A stretch of DNA of 64,000 bases from Vicugna vicugna (lineage: Eukaryota), in assembly GCA_013265495.1 (NCBI GenBank), contig MU058449.1, positions 668,176-732,175 of the forward strand, written 5' to 3'. Position 1 is the first letter of the stretch. Every line of letters begins with the position of its first letter. Position numbers and translations under genes: made by a program. Below are positions 63,312 to 64,000 of the stretch, piece after piece. The notes under the pieces were generated by a model. It did no database searches, was not told the origin of the DNA, and saw only the letters and a program-made list of their open reading frames with translations.

Positions 63312-63744
63312 TGTAACTGAACAGGACCCTATGGGGCCTTCCTGGGACAGACCCCTCCCCATACCCTCTGCTTTATATTCTCTGTGAAGTACCCAGATAG
63401 TAGTATCTGATGCACATTTCCTGAGTTGTTTACAGATGCTAGAAACCCCATCAAATGGAAGAAATTAACTACTTGATGACATGAGCACATAGCCCCTAGA
63501 CTTACTGGCGCCTAAGGATTGATCATTAACTCCTGTGACATCATTACCTCACCATCAACCAATCAGACAATTGTGCATGAGCTGATCACAGGCCCTAGGA
63601 CACCTAGCCCTCACCTTGTCTTTATAAATCTTTGCTGAAATGCATTGGGGGAGTTTGGGTGTTCTGAGCTCCTTGCTTGGTACTCTGCAATAAATACTGC
63701 ACTTTTCTTCACCAAAACCCAGACCCAAATTTGGTTCGGTAACA
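63312..63744 (+). mobile_element. Solo ERV1-type LTR, 433 bp
   Basis: TGTAAC...GGTAACA termini, CCAAT (about 63559), TATAAA (about 63623) and AATAAA (about 63689); flanks aaac/gaag are only a weak TSD. Confidence 0.75.
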
Positions 63745-64000
63745 GAAGCAGGCTCTAAAGTTCAATGCTCTTTTATCCAAGTGTCCTTCTCCTTAACAAT
63801 GGTGATAATATTTGAATGCCTTCTATGTGCCAAACAGTTTACATCATTTTCTGAATCTTTCTTTCCACTCTTCTACAAGCTTCTTATGGGTATCTTTTTT
63901 CCAACTGGTATAATCAAAGGGAAAGAAAGTAAAACTATTCTAATTCAGGGAACTCTATTAGAAAAGCTTGTGGGCAGGAATAGCTTTCCCCTTTAATTCT

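Noticed and set aside
1..64000. A novel multi-gene system, CRISPR array, tRNA, rRNA or other ncRNA gene
   Set aside because: None seen. All long ORFs are ORs or L1 ORF2, and no spaced-repeat arrays or recognisable RNA genes were found.

Overview
Mammalian (most likely camelid, inferred from the L1 3'-end family) AT-rich, repeat-dense segment of the class I olfactory receptor cluster, matching the human chr11p15.4 OR52R1-OR51F1-OR51F5P interval in reverse orientation. It holds eight OR loci: the 3' two-thirds of OR52R1, five apparently intact OR51-family genes (13440, 25755 and 36338 on +; 49105 and 61246 on -) and two OR pseudogenes (7199-8121 -, 41257-42204 +). Between them lie L1 fragments of several ages, including a young 5'-truncated L1 with an unbroken ~945-codon ORF2 nested in an older L1, plus ERV/MaLR LTRs, hAT MER elements, MIR/L2 and microsatellites. 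Candidate OR promoters and 5' non-coding exons (O/E sites, homeodomain sites, TATA/Inr, splice signals) can be read upstream of several genes. I found no evidence of a new biological system; the best leads are regulatory architecture, the recent L1 insertion and lineage-specific OR status. Repeat family names and OR orthology come from recall, not database searches, and repeat boundaries are approximate.
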